This document shows, one piece after another, positions 1-9,828 of a stretch of 64,000 bases of DNA (positions within the stretch are counted from its first letter, which is position 1; each line of letters starts with the position of its first letter). The DNA lies in the NCBI GenBank assembly GCA_963733455.1, contig CAVTDE010000006.1:218373-282372 (forward strand). The letters are read 5' to 3'. The stretch comes from an uncultured Bacteroidales bacterium (GTDB taxonomy: Bacteria > Bacteroidota > Bacteroidia > Bacteroidales > VadinHA17). The notes beneath the pieces are model-generated. The model saw only the letters and a program-made list of their open reading frames with translations, had not been told where the DNA came from and ran no database searches. The translations under genes and the position numbers were made by a program.

Positions 1-1056
1 TCCTGTTCAGGACGTCCGGGTAAAAATAACATTCAGGCAAAAAAACCTTCCGCTTCTGCAGTTGAAAATATTTCGTCAGGAATAATTAAAATGATATCTC
101 CTGATGAAAACGCAGAATTCAAAATTAAGGATATCATAAAAGTTTCGGTAGCTCCCGACATGACGGACAATCTATTTGACTCTGTGAGGGTTTATTTTGA
201 TGGCAACCAGGTAATAACCATGAAATCAGCGCCATGGGAGTATTCTATCCCTCCCGGTATGACAGGTACGACAGGAAGGAAATCCGTAAAAGCCGTGGCT
301 TACACCAAAGGTAAAGTTCAGACAATAACCCGCTTCGTGATAATATATTCTGATTCAAAACCAAAGAAGTACACTTATAAGCTGATCCATACGTACCCGC
401 ATGATAGTGAAGCCTTTACCCAGGGTCTGTTTTATGATAAAGGCGTTTTATTCGAGGGAACCGGACAGGAAGCAGGCTCGAGCCTTAGAGAAGTCGAGCT
501 TGAAACCGGCAAGGTGCTTCGTCAGCATAATCTTGAGCCGTCCCTGTTTGGGGAAGGGATAACACTTTACAAAGACCGGATATATGAGGTAACCTGGAGA
601 AACAAGGTAGGCTTTGTATATGACAAGGCTACTTTTAATGTAATTAACAAGATCTTTTATTCCACCGAGGGATGGGGTTTGACAACGATCGGCGACAGGA
701 TTGCAATGAGCGACGGCACCAACATAATTTATTTTTTTGAACCCGAGTTGTTTACGGTTGTTTCGAGAATAGAGGTTTATGATAATGAGAAAAAGGTCGA
801 TCAGCTTAATGAACTTGAGTATATTGACGGTGAGATCTGGGCAAATATCTGGCAGACTGACCAGATAGCCAGAATTGATCCCGCAAGCGGTAAGGTAAAC
901 TCATATATCGACCTGTCTGCAATATTCCCTGAAGCCAGGAGGAGAGAGGTAAATGCCGATGTACTTAACGGAATTGCGTATGATCCTCAGGATAAAAGGA
1001 TCTTTGTAACCGGGAAAAGGTGGCCTAAGCTTTACGAAATCAGAGTCACTGAATAA
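1..1056 (+). CDS. Glutaminyl-peptide cyclotransferase (plant/bacterial QC, beta-propeller), probable lipoprotein; 5'-truncated by the window edge
   Basis: Motifs YPHD..AFTQGL, FGEGIT, EGWGLT, LNELEY, NIWQTD, VLNGIAYD..TGKRWP. The frame is open from base 1 (SCSGRPGK...), so the real start lies upstream of the ATG at 91. Confidence 0.9.
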   Translation, partial: SCSGRPGKNNIQAKKPSASAVENISSGIIKMISPDENAEFKIKDIIKVSVAPDMTDNLFDSVRVYFDGNQVITMKSAPWEYSIPPGMTGTTGRKSVKAVAYTKGKVQTITRFVIIYSDSKPKKYTYKLIHTYPHDSEAFTQGLFYDKGVLFEGTGQEAGSSLREVELETGKVLRQHNLEPSLFGEGITLYKDRIYEVTWRNKVGFVYDKATFNVINKIFYSTEGWGLTTIGDRIAMSDGTNIIYFFEPELFTVVSRIEVYDNEKKVDQLNELEYIDGEIWANIWQTDQIARIDPASGKVNSYIDLSAIFPEARRREVNADVLNGIAYDPQDKRIFVTGKRWPKLYEIRVTE

Positions 1057-2002
1057 GCTTTGTCCCATAAATAATGTTGATGGCTGAAGGAATTATGCTG
1101 AACTCGACCGGTGTGTGGCCAAGCGATTCGCCATCAGCTTCAAGGTATACCAGGGAATCTGAAGTTACTTTTAAATTGGTGCTGCGGTATCCGTCTACCC
1201 TGGGATGGCTCAGGATTGTTCCGTCATAGAGAAGCTTCAGGCTCCTGATAACTTCAATTCTTCCCATCTCCTTAATCACTGTTATGTCAAGAAGACCGTC
1301 ATCCGGAAGGGCATCTGGTGTCTGCCTCATTCCTCCCCCGCAGAATCTTCCGTTCCCGACATTGATCGAAAATATCCTGGAAGAATTCATTTTACCGTCA
1401 ATAGTTATATCCACAGGTTTGATCCTGTACGAAATAAGGCTTGACAAAAGGTTATATAAATAGATTGCCCTGCTGCTTTTTCCTTTATCCTTTTGCTTAT
1501 TTGTTTTCTTTACAACCAATGATTCAAATCCCAGCCCGGCAATATTTATAAAGTAACGTTTTTCCTGTTGTTCACCATTGAAAAACGTTACTACCCCTAT
1601 GTCGTGAAGCATCTTTTTCCCCTGCCTGATAACCTGTACAGCGCCTTCATAAACAAGTGGTATTCCGAACATTCTGCCCCAGTCATTGCCAGTTCCTACC
1701 GGAATCATGCTTACCGTGACCTCACCGGGAGAACATACTCTCTGGATGAAGACGCCGTTGATAACCTCATTTAATGTCCCGTCACCTCCGACAGAAATAA
1801 TATTCCTGTAACCAAGTGTAACAGCTTTTCTCGCGAATTCTATTCCCTGGCCTTTTTTCTCCGTGAACTTTATGCTTAAATCAATATTATTCCTGACGAA
1901 CAGGTCAGAGATCCTGTTCCAGTCTTTCTTACCTTTCCCGTTGCCGGCATTTGGGTTGACAATGGCAAACCATTCCTGGTTTTTGGCGTTATTTTCCATC
2001 AA
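1046..2002 (-). CDS. Diacylglycerol kinase-family lipid kinase (YegS/BmrU-like)
   Basis: IVNPNAG, GGDGTLNEVING, PVGTGNDW, NGRFCGGG and EADGE motifs. Confidence 0.9.
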   Translation of the reverse strand: MMENNAKNQEWFAIVNPNAGNGKGKKDWNRISDLFVRNNIDLSIKFTEKKGQGIEFARKAVTLGYRNIISVGGDGTLNEVINGVFIQRVCSPGEVTVSMIPVGTGNDWGRMFGIPLVYEGAVQVIRQGKKMLHDIGVVTFFNGEQQEKRYFINIAGLGFESLVVKKTNKQKDKGKSSRAIYLYNLLSSLISYRIKPVDITIDGKMNSSRIFSINVGNGRFCGGGMRQTPDALPDDGLLDITVIKEMGRIEVIRSLKLLYDGTILSHPRVDGYRSTNLKVTSDSLVYLEADGESLGHTPVEFSIIPSAINIIYGTKLIQ

Positions 2003-2108
2003 ACTGCTTATATGTCAGGCAAAGATGAAAATAAATGTATAGAATACATATTATACTGATTTATATTTTGATCCATAGTCCTGATTCGGATTAGAACTTA
2101 CACAATTG

Positions 2109-2223
2109 GAGGCTGTCTCAAAAGTACCTCGTTCGTTTTTCGCTTCTAAACCCCCTGCCTACCGGCATGCAGGCCTAAAGGCGACTTATTGATTAACAAA
2201 AACTTATGGAACCCCCTTTAGGG
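2109..2223. repeat. CCCCT-AAA-GGGG-type REP-like element (reverse-orientation copy of the 9731 and 17265 elements)
   Basis: The reverse complement matches 17265-17367, including ggctgt(c/a)tcaaaagtacctc and gttccataag...gttaatcaataagtc. Confidence 0.75.
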
Positions 2224-2460
2224 CATAGCCGTCAACTTAAGGAATAGGATACCTTATGAATCAAACTGTATGCAACTGAGTTGCAATAATTTACATTTGG
2301 GATTGTTGAAAAAGTCTTTCTTAACCGCAAAGCACGCAAAGAAGTAAACCTTCGCGATCTTTGCGGTTAATGGATTTAGACTTTTTAAACACCTCAAACT
2401 TATTTATTTGTGCTAAATATAATTCTCAGTTTAAAACTGATTCTTACGTTGACGGCTATT
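2224..2460. mobile_element. MITE-like element, copy 1 (TIR CATAGCCGTCAACTTAAG / CTTACGTTGACGGCTATT) with IR-bounded REP cargo at 2299-2395
   Basis: Terminal inverted repeats are visible, and the arms closely match the copies at 31964-32262 and 11860-14281. No TSD is retained here. Confidence 0.75.
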
Positions 2461-2676
2461 TTGATTCAATCTCGAGATCCGTTGATCTTCCTACCGGCAG
2501 GCGGGGAAGACACAGAGTTCGTGAGCTTAAAAGCAGGTGCGGAGGCGCTAAGGGTCACAATGTCAAAAATATAGGCATTAATTAAGCTTAAAGGCATGTT
2601 AATAACGTGTTGAAAACCGCAAATGAAATGTTTACAATTACATAATTTTGCCACTGAGGCTAAAGTTCCTAAATCG

Positions 2677-2684
2677 TAAATTTG
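2677..2684 (+). promoter_or_regulatory. Bacteroidota sigma-70 -7 box (TAAATTTG) upstream of parA
   Basis: Matches the TAnnTTTG consensus 41 bp upstream of the parA ATG. Confidence 0.55.
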
Positions 2685-2724
2685 AAGCTCGAATTATAAA
2701 CCTGATAAATCAAAAGGAAAGCAA

Positions 2725-3507
2725 ATGGGAAGGATAATAGCGATTGCAAATCAGAAGGGTGGTGTAGGGAAGACAACTACGGCGATAAACCTTGCGGCCA
2801 GTCTGGCTGCACTTGAAAAAAAGGTGCTGATCGTGGATGCAGATCCGCAGGCCAATGCCACATCGGGTATCGGAGTTGACTCACGGCAGATAAAATGTAC
2901 AGTGTACGATTGTCTGATTGACGGTAAGGATCCTGCTGAGGCATTACACACCTGCGGCGTTGAGAATCTTACATTAATGCCGTCGAATATCGACCTGGTA
3001 GGCGCTGAGATTGAAATGCTCGACAGACCTGAGAGAGAAAAGATAATGAAGAAGCTTCTTGTAAAAATTGCAGACCGCTTCGACTACATCCTCATTGATT
3101 GTTCTCCCTCGCTGGGGCTGCTGACTGTTAATGCATTAACAGCTGCAAATTCGGTCATTATTCCTGTCCAGTGCGAATACTTTGCCCTGGAAGGACTTGG
3201 GAAACTCCTCAACACAATTAAAATAATCCAGAATAACCTTAATCCCGACCTTGAAATTGAAGGATTCCTTCTCACCATGTACGATTCAAGGCTCCGCTTG
3301 TCGAATCAGGTTGCAGAGGAAGTAAACAAGCACTTTCAGCAAATGGTTTTTAAAACCATTATCCAGAGGAATGTCAAGCTTTCTGAAGCGCCAAGCTTCG
3401 GACAGCCTGCAATACTTTATGATGTCGATTCAAGAGGCACCGTGAACTACCTTAATCTGGCAAAAGAGCTTATTGAAAAGCAGGAAATAAAGGTGGAAAA
3501 TTTTTAA
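2725..3507 (+). CDS. parA: Chromosome partitioning ATPase ParA/Soj
   Basis: [11 protein letters not shown] deviant Walker [30 protein letters not shown]. Confidence 0.96.
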   Translation: MGRIIAIANQKGGVGKTTTAINLAASLAALEKKVLIVDADPQANATSGIGVDSRQIKCTVYDCLIDGKDPAEALHTCGVENLTLMPSNIDLVGAEIEMLDRPEREKIMKKLLVKIADRFDYILIDCSPSLGLLTVNALTAANSVIIPVQCEYFALEGLGKLLNTIKIIQNNLNPDLEIEGFLLTMYDSRLRLSNQVAEEVNKHFQQMVFKTIIQRNVKLSEAPSFGQPAILYDVDSRGTVNYLNLAKELIEKQEIKVENF

Positions 3508-3542
3508 AGAGATCTGCTCTTTTACTGTAATCAGGATTTAAT

Positions 3543-4424
3543 ATGATAAAGAAAAATGCTTTAGGAAGGGGACTCGGCGCTTTAATTGACGGAGTCGAAA
3601 AAGAGGTTCTTGAAAAAATAGTGGAAGCAAATCTTAATATTTCAGTTGATTCCATCGACCAAAATCCATTTCAACCCAGAACTCATTTCGATGAGCAGGC
3701 GCTTGAAGAACTTGCAGCCTCAATAAGAAAACTGGGTATAGTACAGCCGCTCACTGTCAGGGAAACAGCTGACGGAAGGTTCCAGCTTATAGCCGGTGAA
3801 AGACGCCTCAGGGCGGCACGTCTGGCAGGGCTTACGCATGTCCCTGCCTACATCAGAACGGCTGACGACCAGGCCATGCTGGAATTAGCCCTTGTCGAAA
3901 ATATTCAGCGTGAGGATCTTGATGCAGTCGAAGTCGCGATAAGTTTTCAGAGACTGATCGAGGAATGCAGGCTTACCCAGGAACAATTAAGCGACAGGGT
4001 TGGAAAACAACGTTCCACAATTTCGAATTACCTTCGTCTATTGCGGCTGCCGGCTGAAATTCAACTCGGCATTAAAAATAAACACCTGATGATGGGGCAC
4101 GCCCGTACCCTTGTCAATATTGAAAATCCTAAAGCCCAGATGGAGGTCTACTACAAGATCGTTGAAAATGAGCTTTCGGTACGGCAGGCTGAGGATCTGG
4201 TCAGGTTAATGCAATCGGGAAAGATAAAAGACCCTTCAAAAAACGAGAGAAAGAAAAAGCTTAATGAAGACTTCAAACAGCTTTCTGAACACCTTGACAG
4301 GATTTTCGCAACTAAAGTCAATTTCAGGATTAATGAAACGGGAAAGGGGAAAATTGTTATACCCTTTGATAATCCTGAAGAGATGGAGCGCATTTTAGGG
4401 GTCTTCGACCGCCTCAACTCCTGA
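3543..4424 (+). CDS. parB: Chromosome partitioning protein ParB/Spo0J
   Basis: ALGRGLGALI N-terminus, NPFQPR, IAGERRLRA arginine patch, ENIQREDL, HTH. Confidence 0.96.
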   Translation: MIKKNALGRGLGALIDGVEKEVLEKIVEANLNISVDSIDQNPFQPRTHFDEQALEELAASIRKLGIVQPLTVRETADGRFQLIAGERRLRAARLAGLTHVPAYIRTADDQAMLELALVENIQREDLDAVEVAISFQRLIEECRLTQEQLSDRVGKQRSTISNYLRLLRLPAEIQLGIKNKHLMMGHARTLVNIENPKAQMEVYYKIVENELSVRQAEDLVRLMQSGKIKDPSKNERKKKLNEDFKQLSEHLDRIFATKVNFRINETGKGKIVIPFDNPEEMERILGVFDRLNS

Positions 4425-4486
4425 AAATAATTATATTTGTCGAACCGGATTACTTTATTGTAAGTTAAACTCCGGTACCATTTGGC

Positions 4487-5122
4487 TTGAGAACAGTTGG
4501 CAAAATCATACTCATTCTCATTCTTGTGATGTTTTGTCTGCCGTATGACATAACAGCACAGGACACTATTGCCGTTATAAGACCAAAAAAAGTTAGTTTT
4601 AAAGCCGAACCCCTTAAAGCAACCATGCTTGCAGTTGCATTCCCGGGCCTCGGTCAGATCTATAACAGGAAGATATGGAAGATCCCACTGGTATATGCCG
4701 GATTTGGAGCTCTTGTTTACTCGATAGGCTTCAATAGTTCAAACTATAACACCATGATGAAAGCTTACCAGGATTTTACAGATAAGATACCCGCGACCCA
4801 GAGCTATATTGCACTGATCAAATGGGCTGACCCTAAAGAATATGATCCTGTGCTCTATCCCGGGTCGTATGTTCCGTCAAATGAATCGTGGGTAAAGACC
4901 AATTTACTTAAGTCTGTTGATTATTACAAAAATTACCGCGATCTTTCCTACATCGGTATTGCTGCCTGGTATCTTCTGTCAGTGCTCGACGCTAATGTTG
5001 ATGCGAGCCTTTTTAACTATGATATCAGCAATGATCTTGACCTTCAGGTTTCACCTGCGAATTTGCCTGTCCCCGGCGGAATTGGAGTGGGACTAAATAT
5101 TTGTCTGACTTTTACGTTCTAA
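4487..5122 (+). CDS. DUF5683-type membrane/exported protein
   Basis: PGLGQIYNRKIWKIPLVY and DANVDASL motifs; usual position downstream of parB in Bacteroidota. A TATATTTG box lies at 4432-4439. Confidence 0.75.
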   Translation: MRTVGKIILILILVMFCLPYDITAQDTIAVIRPKKVSFKAEPLKATMLAVAFPGLGQIYNRKIWKIPLVYAGFGALVYSIGFNSSNYNTMMKAYQDFTDKIPATQSYIALIKWADPKEYDPVLYPGSYVPSNESWVKTNLLKSVDYYKNYRDLSYIGIAAWYLLSVLDANVDASLFNYDISNDLDLQVSPANLPVPGGIGVGLNICLTFTF

Positions 5123-5137
5123 ATGAAATTTGTATAA

Positions 5138-6682
5138 ATGAAATTAAAGATAACCCTGATCGCCTCTCTTTTTACAGCGATAGCTTTAAACGCCTCGGCA
5201 GTTAATGATACTATAATCCTTAAATCGGAAACATATTCCGAAAAGATAACAAGGGATCTTGACAGCCTTGTGAACAGTTGGTACGTAAAAATGGCGTTAA
5301 AGGACCTGCCGTATAAATTTGAGAATGATTCGATGGGACAGGAATATCCCGATTCACTCTATCTGGAAAGGCTAAGCAAAGTAAATTCCATTATCAAGCT
5401 GCCGTATAACAGCATTATCAGGAATCATATTCATGTTTATACAATAAAACAAAGAGACAAGTTCAGCGCGGTGCTCGGATTGATGACTTACTATTTTCCA
5501 ATGATCGAAGATATTTTCGATTCATATGGTTTACCTGTTGAACTGAAATACATGTCGGTAATTGAATCAGCGCTCAATGCTAATGCAGTATCACGCGTTG
5601 GAGCAACGGGATTATGGCAATTTATGTACAGCACGGGCCGGTTATACGGGCTAACTATTAATTCACTGGTCGATGAAAGGAGGGATCCGGTCAAAGCAAC
5701 ACATGCCGCTGCTAAATATATCAAAGATCTCTATAACATTTATAATGACTGGATACTCGTCATTGCAGCATATAATTGCGGACCCGGCAATGTCAATAAA
5801 GCTATCAGGAGGTCTGGTAACAAAAAGGACTACTGGGATATTTATTACAGGCTTCCAAGGGAAACAAGGGGATATATACCGCAGTATGTTGCAGCAACTT
5901 ATGCAGTTAATTATTTTGCAGAACATAAAATTAAACCACTGCCCCTCAACATACCGGTTTCTACCGATACCATTGTGGTAAACAAGGATATCCATCTTAA
6001 TCAGATTTCCGAGGTAATGGGAATTCCCCTTGGCGAACTCAGGGCTCTTAATCCGCAGTACAGAACGGGACTCATTCCCGGTTCGTCAAAACCAATGTCC
6101 CTTACACTTCCTCTGAGTCATCTGGGTGATTTTATCGACCTTAACGATACTATAAGAAATTATAAACCTGATGTTTATCTTTCAAGGATAAACCGCACAG
6201 CCGATCCTTCGCGATCTACTAATCTTCCGGTCGATGTGAAAGGAAAGACGAAACTAATTTATACTGTAAAGCAAGGGGATAATCTTGGATTTATATCCGA
6301 ATGGTTCAGGGTAGGGCTTTCTGACCTCAGGTACTGGAACAATATTTACCGTAATTCAATACGTGCCGGACAAAAACTTGCCATATACGTCGACCCGTCA
6401 AGGTCGGATTACTTTTCTAAAATCAATGAGATGTCCTTTGCAGAAAAGCAGCAGATGAGCGGGAAGGCTGTGCCTTCAAATCCCGTTGCAACAACAACAA
6501 CCATTCAATCGGGACCCGAGGGTGATTTTGTAACTTATACAGTGCGTTACGGCGACACAATATGGGATATCGTTAAAATGTTCGGAAATGTCAGCACTAC
6601 TGATGTCCTCTCATTGAATAATATTTCCGATCCCGGTAAGATTCAGGTCGGACAAAAACTAAAAATAAAGAAGAAGAGCTGA
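5138..6682 (+). CDS. mltD: Lytic murein transglycosylase MltD-like (SLT domain plus LysM repeats)
   Basis: IESALN..A.SRVGATGLWQFM, AAYNCG, ETRGYIP; C-terminal LysM motifs YTVKQGDNL and YTVRYGDTIWDI. Confidence 0.9.
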   Translation: MKLKITLIASLFTAIALNASAVNDTIILKSETYSEKITRDLDSLVNSWYVKMALKDLPYKFENDSMGQEYPDSLYLERLSKVNSIIKLPYNSIIRNHIHVYTIKQRDKFSAVLGLMTYYFPMIEDIFDSYGLPVELKYMSVIESALNANAVSRVGATGLWQFMYSTGRLYGLTINSLVDERRDPVKATHAAAKYIKDLYNIYNDWILVIAAYNCGPGNVNKAIRRSGNKKDYWDIYYRLPRETRGYIPQYVAATYAVNYFAEHKIKPLPLNIPVSTDTIVVNKDIHLNQISEVMGIPLGELRALNPQYRTGLIPGSSKPMSLTLPLSHLGDFIDLNDTIRNYKPDVYLSRINRTADPSRSTNLPVDVKGKTKLIYTVKQGDNLGFISEWFRVGLSDLRYWNNIYRNSIRAGQKLAIYVDPSRSDYFSKINEMSFAEKQQMSGKAVPSNPVATTTTIQSGPEGDFVTYTVRYGDTIWDIVKMFGNVSTTDVLSLNNISDPGKIQVGQKLKIKKKS

Positions 6683-6694
6683 TCCCTGCTAAGA

Positions 6695-9600
6695 ATGCGT
6701 CCTTTCAGATCATTTTTATTATTGCTTCTCTTTCTGATCTGTTTTGCAGGCTTCTCTTATTTATTACCCTGGGAGATCAATTTACCTAAGGCAGAATCAC
6801 TTATTCCGGCTGAACTCATTAACATCCTGTTCAGGGATGAACCGCATGGTAATGAACCTCCTTTACCGGCTTCTCCTTCTACACTCCGGACTACCGCAGG
6901 GAATACCGTTCATAAACCCCCGGGTGATACGTTATTGTCATCCTTAACTGACAGCATTGGTATACCTGGCCAGGAGGGGATTCGTGGCGCTGACAAACCT
7001 GATGATACTCTTCGCGGATTTCTTGATTCCCTTAGGTATTCAAAAGGACAGGTACGGATCATGTATTACGGTGATTCGCAAATTGAGGGGGACAGGCTTA
7101 CTTCATTTCTGCGTTCGAGCCTCAGAGAAGGTCATGGAGGAACGGGACCCGGACTGTTTCTTCCGGTAATGCCTGTAACATATACCCGATCAGTGTATGT
7201 CAGGGCATCCTCAAACTGGAAAAGGTTCAATTATTTGTCATTCAGGAATGGGGAGATAACTCACAATGACCTTGGTCCATTTATGGCATTTTGCAGGTAT
7301 ATGCCTGAAAATGAGATATCACAGACGACTGAAAAAGCATGGATCAGAATAGTGCCATCCAAACTGGCCGATAGCACAACATCGAGGTATGATCTTTTAA
7401 GGATCCTTTACAGGAATAATCTGGACTTCGTCAGGATTACGATAAAAGCCGGAAATTTCCCATTGTTAACCGATACACTTAAGATAAGCAATGACCTTAA
7501 AGAGTTTGTGTGTCCTTTGTACGATGCGGAAAACATACTCATAGATTTCTCCGGCAAGGTCAGTCCTGATATTTTTGGTGTAAGTATTGAAAGCAGTACC
7601 GGAGTTGTCGTCGATAACATTCCGCAGCGGGGCAGCGCCGGACTCGAATTTACTATGGTTGACCCTGAAAACCTGAGGAAAGCCTACAGGCTTTTTCATC
7701 CCGATCTTGTTGTATTGCATTATGGTTTGAACATAGTCAGGAATGTAAGGGATAACTATTCATATTATGAGAAGGGGCTTTACAGGCAACTGTCATTTTT
7801 GAAGGAGATCTCACCCGGTACACGTTTCCTTGTTGTTGGCCTTACAGATATGGCATTTGCCGATGGGGACGTCATAAAATCCTATCCTAATATTCAGGCA
7901 ATAATTGATGCTCAAAAGAAAGCTTCGACAGAGGCGGGAGCTCTGTTTTGGGATGCCCGTGAGGCGATGGGAGGGCAGTCATCAATAATAAAATGGTTTG
8001 GAATGGATCCGCCGCTTGCCAAAAAAGACTATGTTCATTTCACGGATCAGGGTGCTGATACCCTTGCAAAGATGATGGTATCACGACTCTTTTTACAAAC
8101 GGGAAAGATGCCTTCGGCCGGAGCTGAAGTTATTCCCCATCAGGACACCATTTCCGCCGTTTCAAATGATAATCCGGTTGGCCGGCTGAATGCCGCAGAG
8201 AGCAATACCTTCTTCAGGACATTGGTATCAATGGTTTTCAGGTACGATCCGGACAGACCCTTTATATTCTCCACGCCTGCTTTCTGGATATTCTTTCTCT
8301 TTGTTCTGGCAGGATTCAGTTTGCTTTATAAACGATTGTTTTTAAGGAATTTATATCTTTTCCTGGTAAGCCTTTTCTTTTATTTCAAAACCGGAGGGTT
8401 ATTCCTTATTTTACTGATAATTGTAACTCTCATTGATTTTACATGTGGTCTTTTGATCCATAATTCAAAAACGAGGTTTCTGCGTAAGACGTTCATTCTT
8501 TTAAGCATTGTATCTAATATAGGCATACTTGCATATTTCAAGTACACAGGATTTTTTATTGAGACGTTGAATCATGTTTTAGGCACTGAATATGTTGCCT
8601 CGGACTTTCTTATGTCCTTTTCAAACAATTTTCTGGGCTCGCACTTCAATGTCAGTAGTATAATCCTGCCTGTCGGGATATCATTTTTTACATTTCAGTC
8701 GCTTAGCTACACGATCGATGTTTACCGCAGAAAGCTTGAGCCTGTCCGGAATATTATTGATTTTGGATTTTATGTCTCATTTTTTCCGCAGCTGGTTGCA
8801 GGTCCTATTGTAAGGGCATCTGAATTTATCCCCCAGCTTTACACCAGGTTCAGTCTTAACAGGAGGGAATTCAGTCATTCTCTTTTCCTCATATCCAAGG
8901 GACTGATAAAGAAGATCATAATTTCCGATTTTATTGCCGTCAATTTTATTGACAGGGTGTTTGACCTCCCGACTTCCTTTTCGGGATTTGAAAACCTGAT
9001 GGCTGTATATGGCTATGGACTTCAAATCTATTGTGATTTTTCAGGATATACCGATATTGCGATCGGACTGGCACTGATACTTGGCTTCAGGCTGCCGTTG
9101 AATTTCAATTCGCCTTATAAGGCATCGGGTGTCGCTGATTTCTGGAAAAGATGGCACATTTCGCTTTCACGATGGCTTAAGGATTACCTGTATATTCCAC
9201 TTGGAGGTAACAGGAAGGGGAAATTCCGTACTATCATAAATCTCATGATCACCATGTTACTGGGTGGATTATGGCATGGAGCGAATCTCAGGTTTATAAT
9301 ATGGGGAGGTCTGCATGGTGCGGGCCTTGTTATTAATAAAATATGGAATTATATCTTTGGTGATCATACACGTAAAAGTTCTGTTATTCGGGCATTATCA
9401 GTATTTGTGACTTTCCAGTTCGTCAGTTTTTGCTGGATTTTTTTCAGGGCGCCCGATATGGACAATGTTATTATGATGCTCAGGCAGATATTTAAGAACT
9501 TTTTACCGGCAGCAAATAGTAATGTATTTACTGCCTATGGAAGTGTATTTCTGCTTATGGCGGTGGGTTATCTTATTCATTTCCTGCCCGAAAAATTCAA

Positions 9601-9730
9601 GGAATCATACCGGGGTGTTTTCATTAAGATCCCCTTGCCTGCACAGTTTGCGATAATTATGGTGATTGCGGTTATGCTTTTCCAGATGAGGGCAGATGAA
9701 GTAATGCCATTTATTTATTTCCGGTTTTAG
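6695..9730 (+). CDS. Fused SGNH/GDSL esterase-transferase plus MBOAT O-acyltransferase (PatB-like plus PatA/AlgI-like)
   Basis: N-terminal half has GDSQIEGD (block I) and DYVHF (DxxH). C-terminal half has LPVGISFFTFQ, FFPQLVAGPI, DFSGYTD, FWKRWHISLS.WL.DYLYIPLGG, GLWHGA. One continuous 1011-aa ORF. Confidence 0.85.
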   Translation: MRPFRSFLLLLLFLICFAGFSYLLPWEINLPKAESLIPAELINILFRDEPHGNEPPLPASPSTLRTTAGNTVHKPPGDTLLSSLTDSIGIPGQEGIRGADKPDDTLRGFLDSLRYSKGQVRIMYYGDSQIEGDRLTSFLRSSLREGHGGTGPGLFLPVMPVTYTRSVYVRASSNWKRFNYLSFRNGEITHNDLGPFMAFCRYMPENEISQTTEKAWIRIVPSKLADSTTSRYDLLRILYRNNLDFVRITIKAGNFPLLTDTLKISNDLKEFVCPLYDAENILIDFSGKVSPDIFGVSIESSTGVVVDNIPQRGSAGLEFTMVDPENLRKAYRLFHPDLVVLHYGLNIVRNVRDNYSYYEKGLYRQLSFLKEISPGTRFLVVGLTDMAFADGDVIKSYPNIQAIIDAQKKASTEAGALFWDAREAMGGQSSIIKWFGMDPPLAKKDYVHFTDQGADTLAKMMVSRLFLQTGKMPSAGAEVIPHQDTISAVSNDNPVGRLNAAESNTFFRTLVSMVFRYDPDRPFIFSTPAFWIFFLFVLAGFSLLYKRLFLRNLYLFLVSLFFYFKTGGLFLILLIIVTLIDFTCGLLIHNSKTRFLRKTFILLSIVSNIGILAYFKYTGFFIETLNHVLGTEYVASDFLMSFSNNFLGSHFNVSSIILPVGISFFTFQSLSYTIDVYRRKLEPVRNIIDFGFYVSFFPQLVAGPIVRASEFIPQLYTRFSLNRREFSHSLFLISKGLIKKIIISDFIAVNFIDRVFDLPTSFSGFENLMAVYGYGLQIYCDFSGYTDIAIGLALILGFRLPLNFNSPYKASGVADFWKRWHISLSRWLKDYLYIPLGGNRKGKFRTIINLMITMLLGGLWHGANLRFIIWGGLHGAGLVINKIWNYIFGDHTRKSSVIRALSVFVTFQFVSFCWIFFRAPDMDNVIMMLRQIFKNFLPAANSNVFTAYGSVFLLMAVGYLIHFLPEKFKESYRGVFIKIPLPAQFAIIMVIAVMLFQMRADEVMPFIYFRF

Positions 9731-9826
9731 CCCCTAAATCCCCTAAAGGGGGTTCCATAAGTTTTTGTTAATCAACAAGTCCCCTTTAGGGGTCCCGATA
9801 GCTATCGGGATAGGGGTGAAAAAACG
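9731..9826. repeat. CCCCT-AAA-GGGG REP-like element carrying a perfect 18-bp palindrome TCCCGATAGCTATCGGGA (9793-9810); lies between convergent genes and may act as a terminator
   Basis: Near-identical to 17265-17340 apart from the palindromic insert. Confidence 0.75.
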
Positions 9827-9828
9827 TT

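Noticed and set aside
2361-2654. Short ORFs upstream of parA (also 11654-12049 and 32251-32559)
   Set aside because: They overlap MITE/REP or antisense sequence and have no protein-like features.
2460-4490. parS site or replication origin near parAB
   Set aside because: No TGTTTCACGTGAAACA-like palindrome or DnaA-box cluster was seen by eye.
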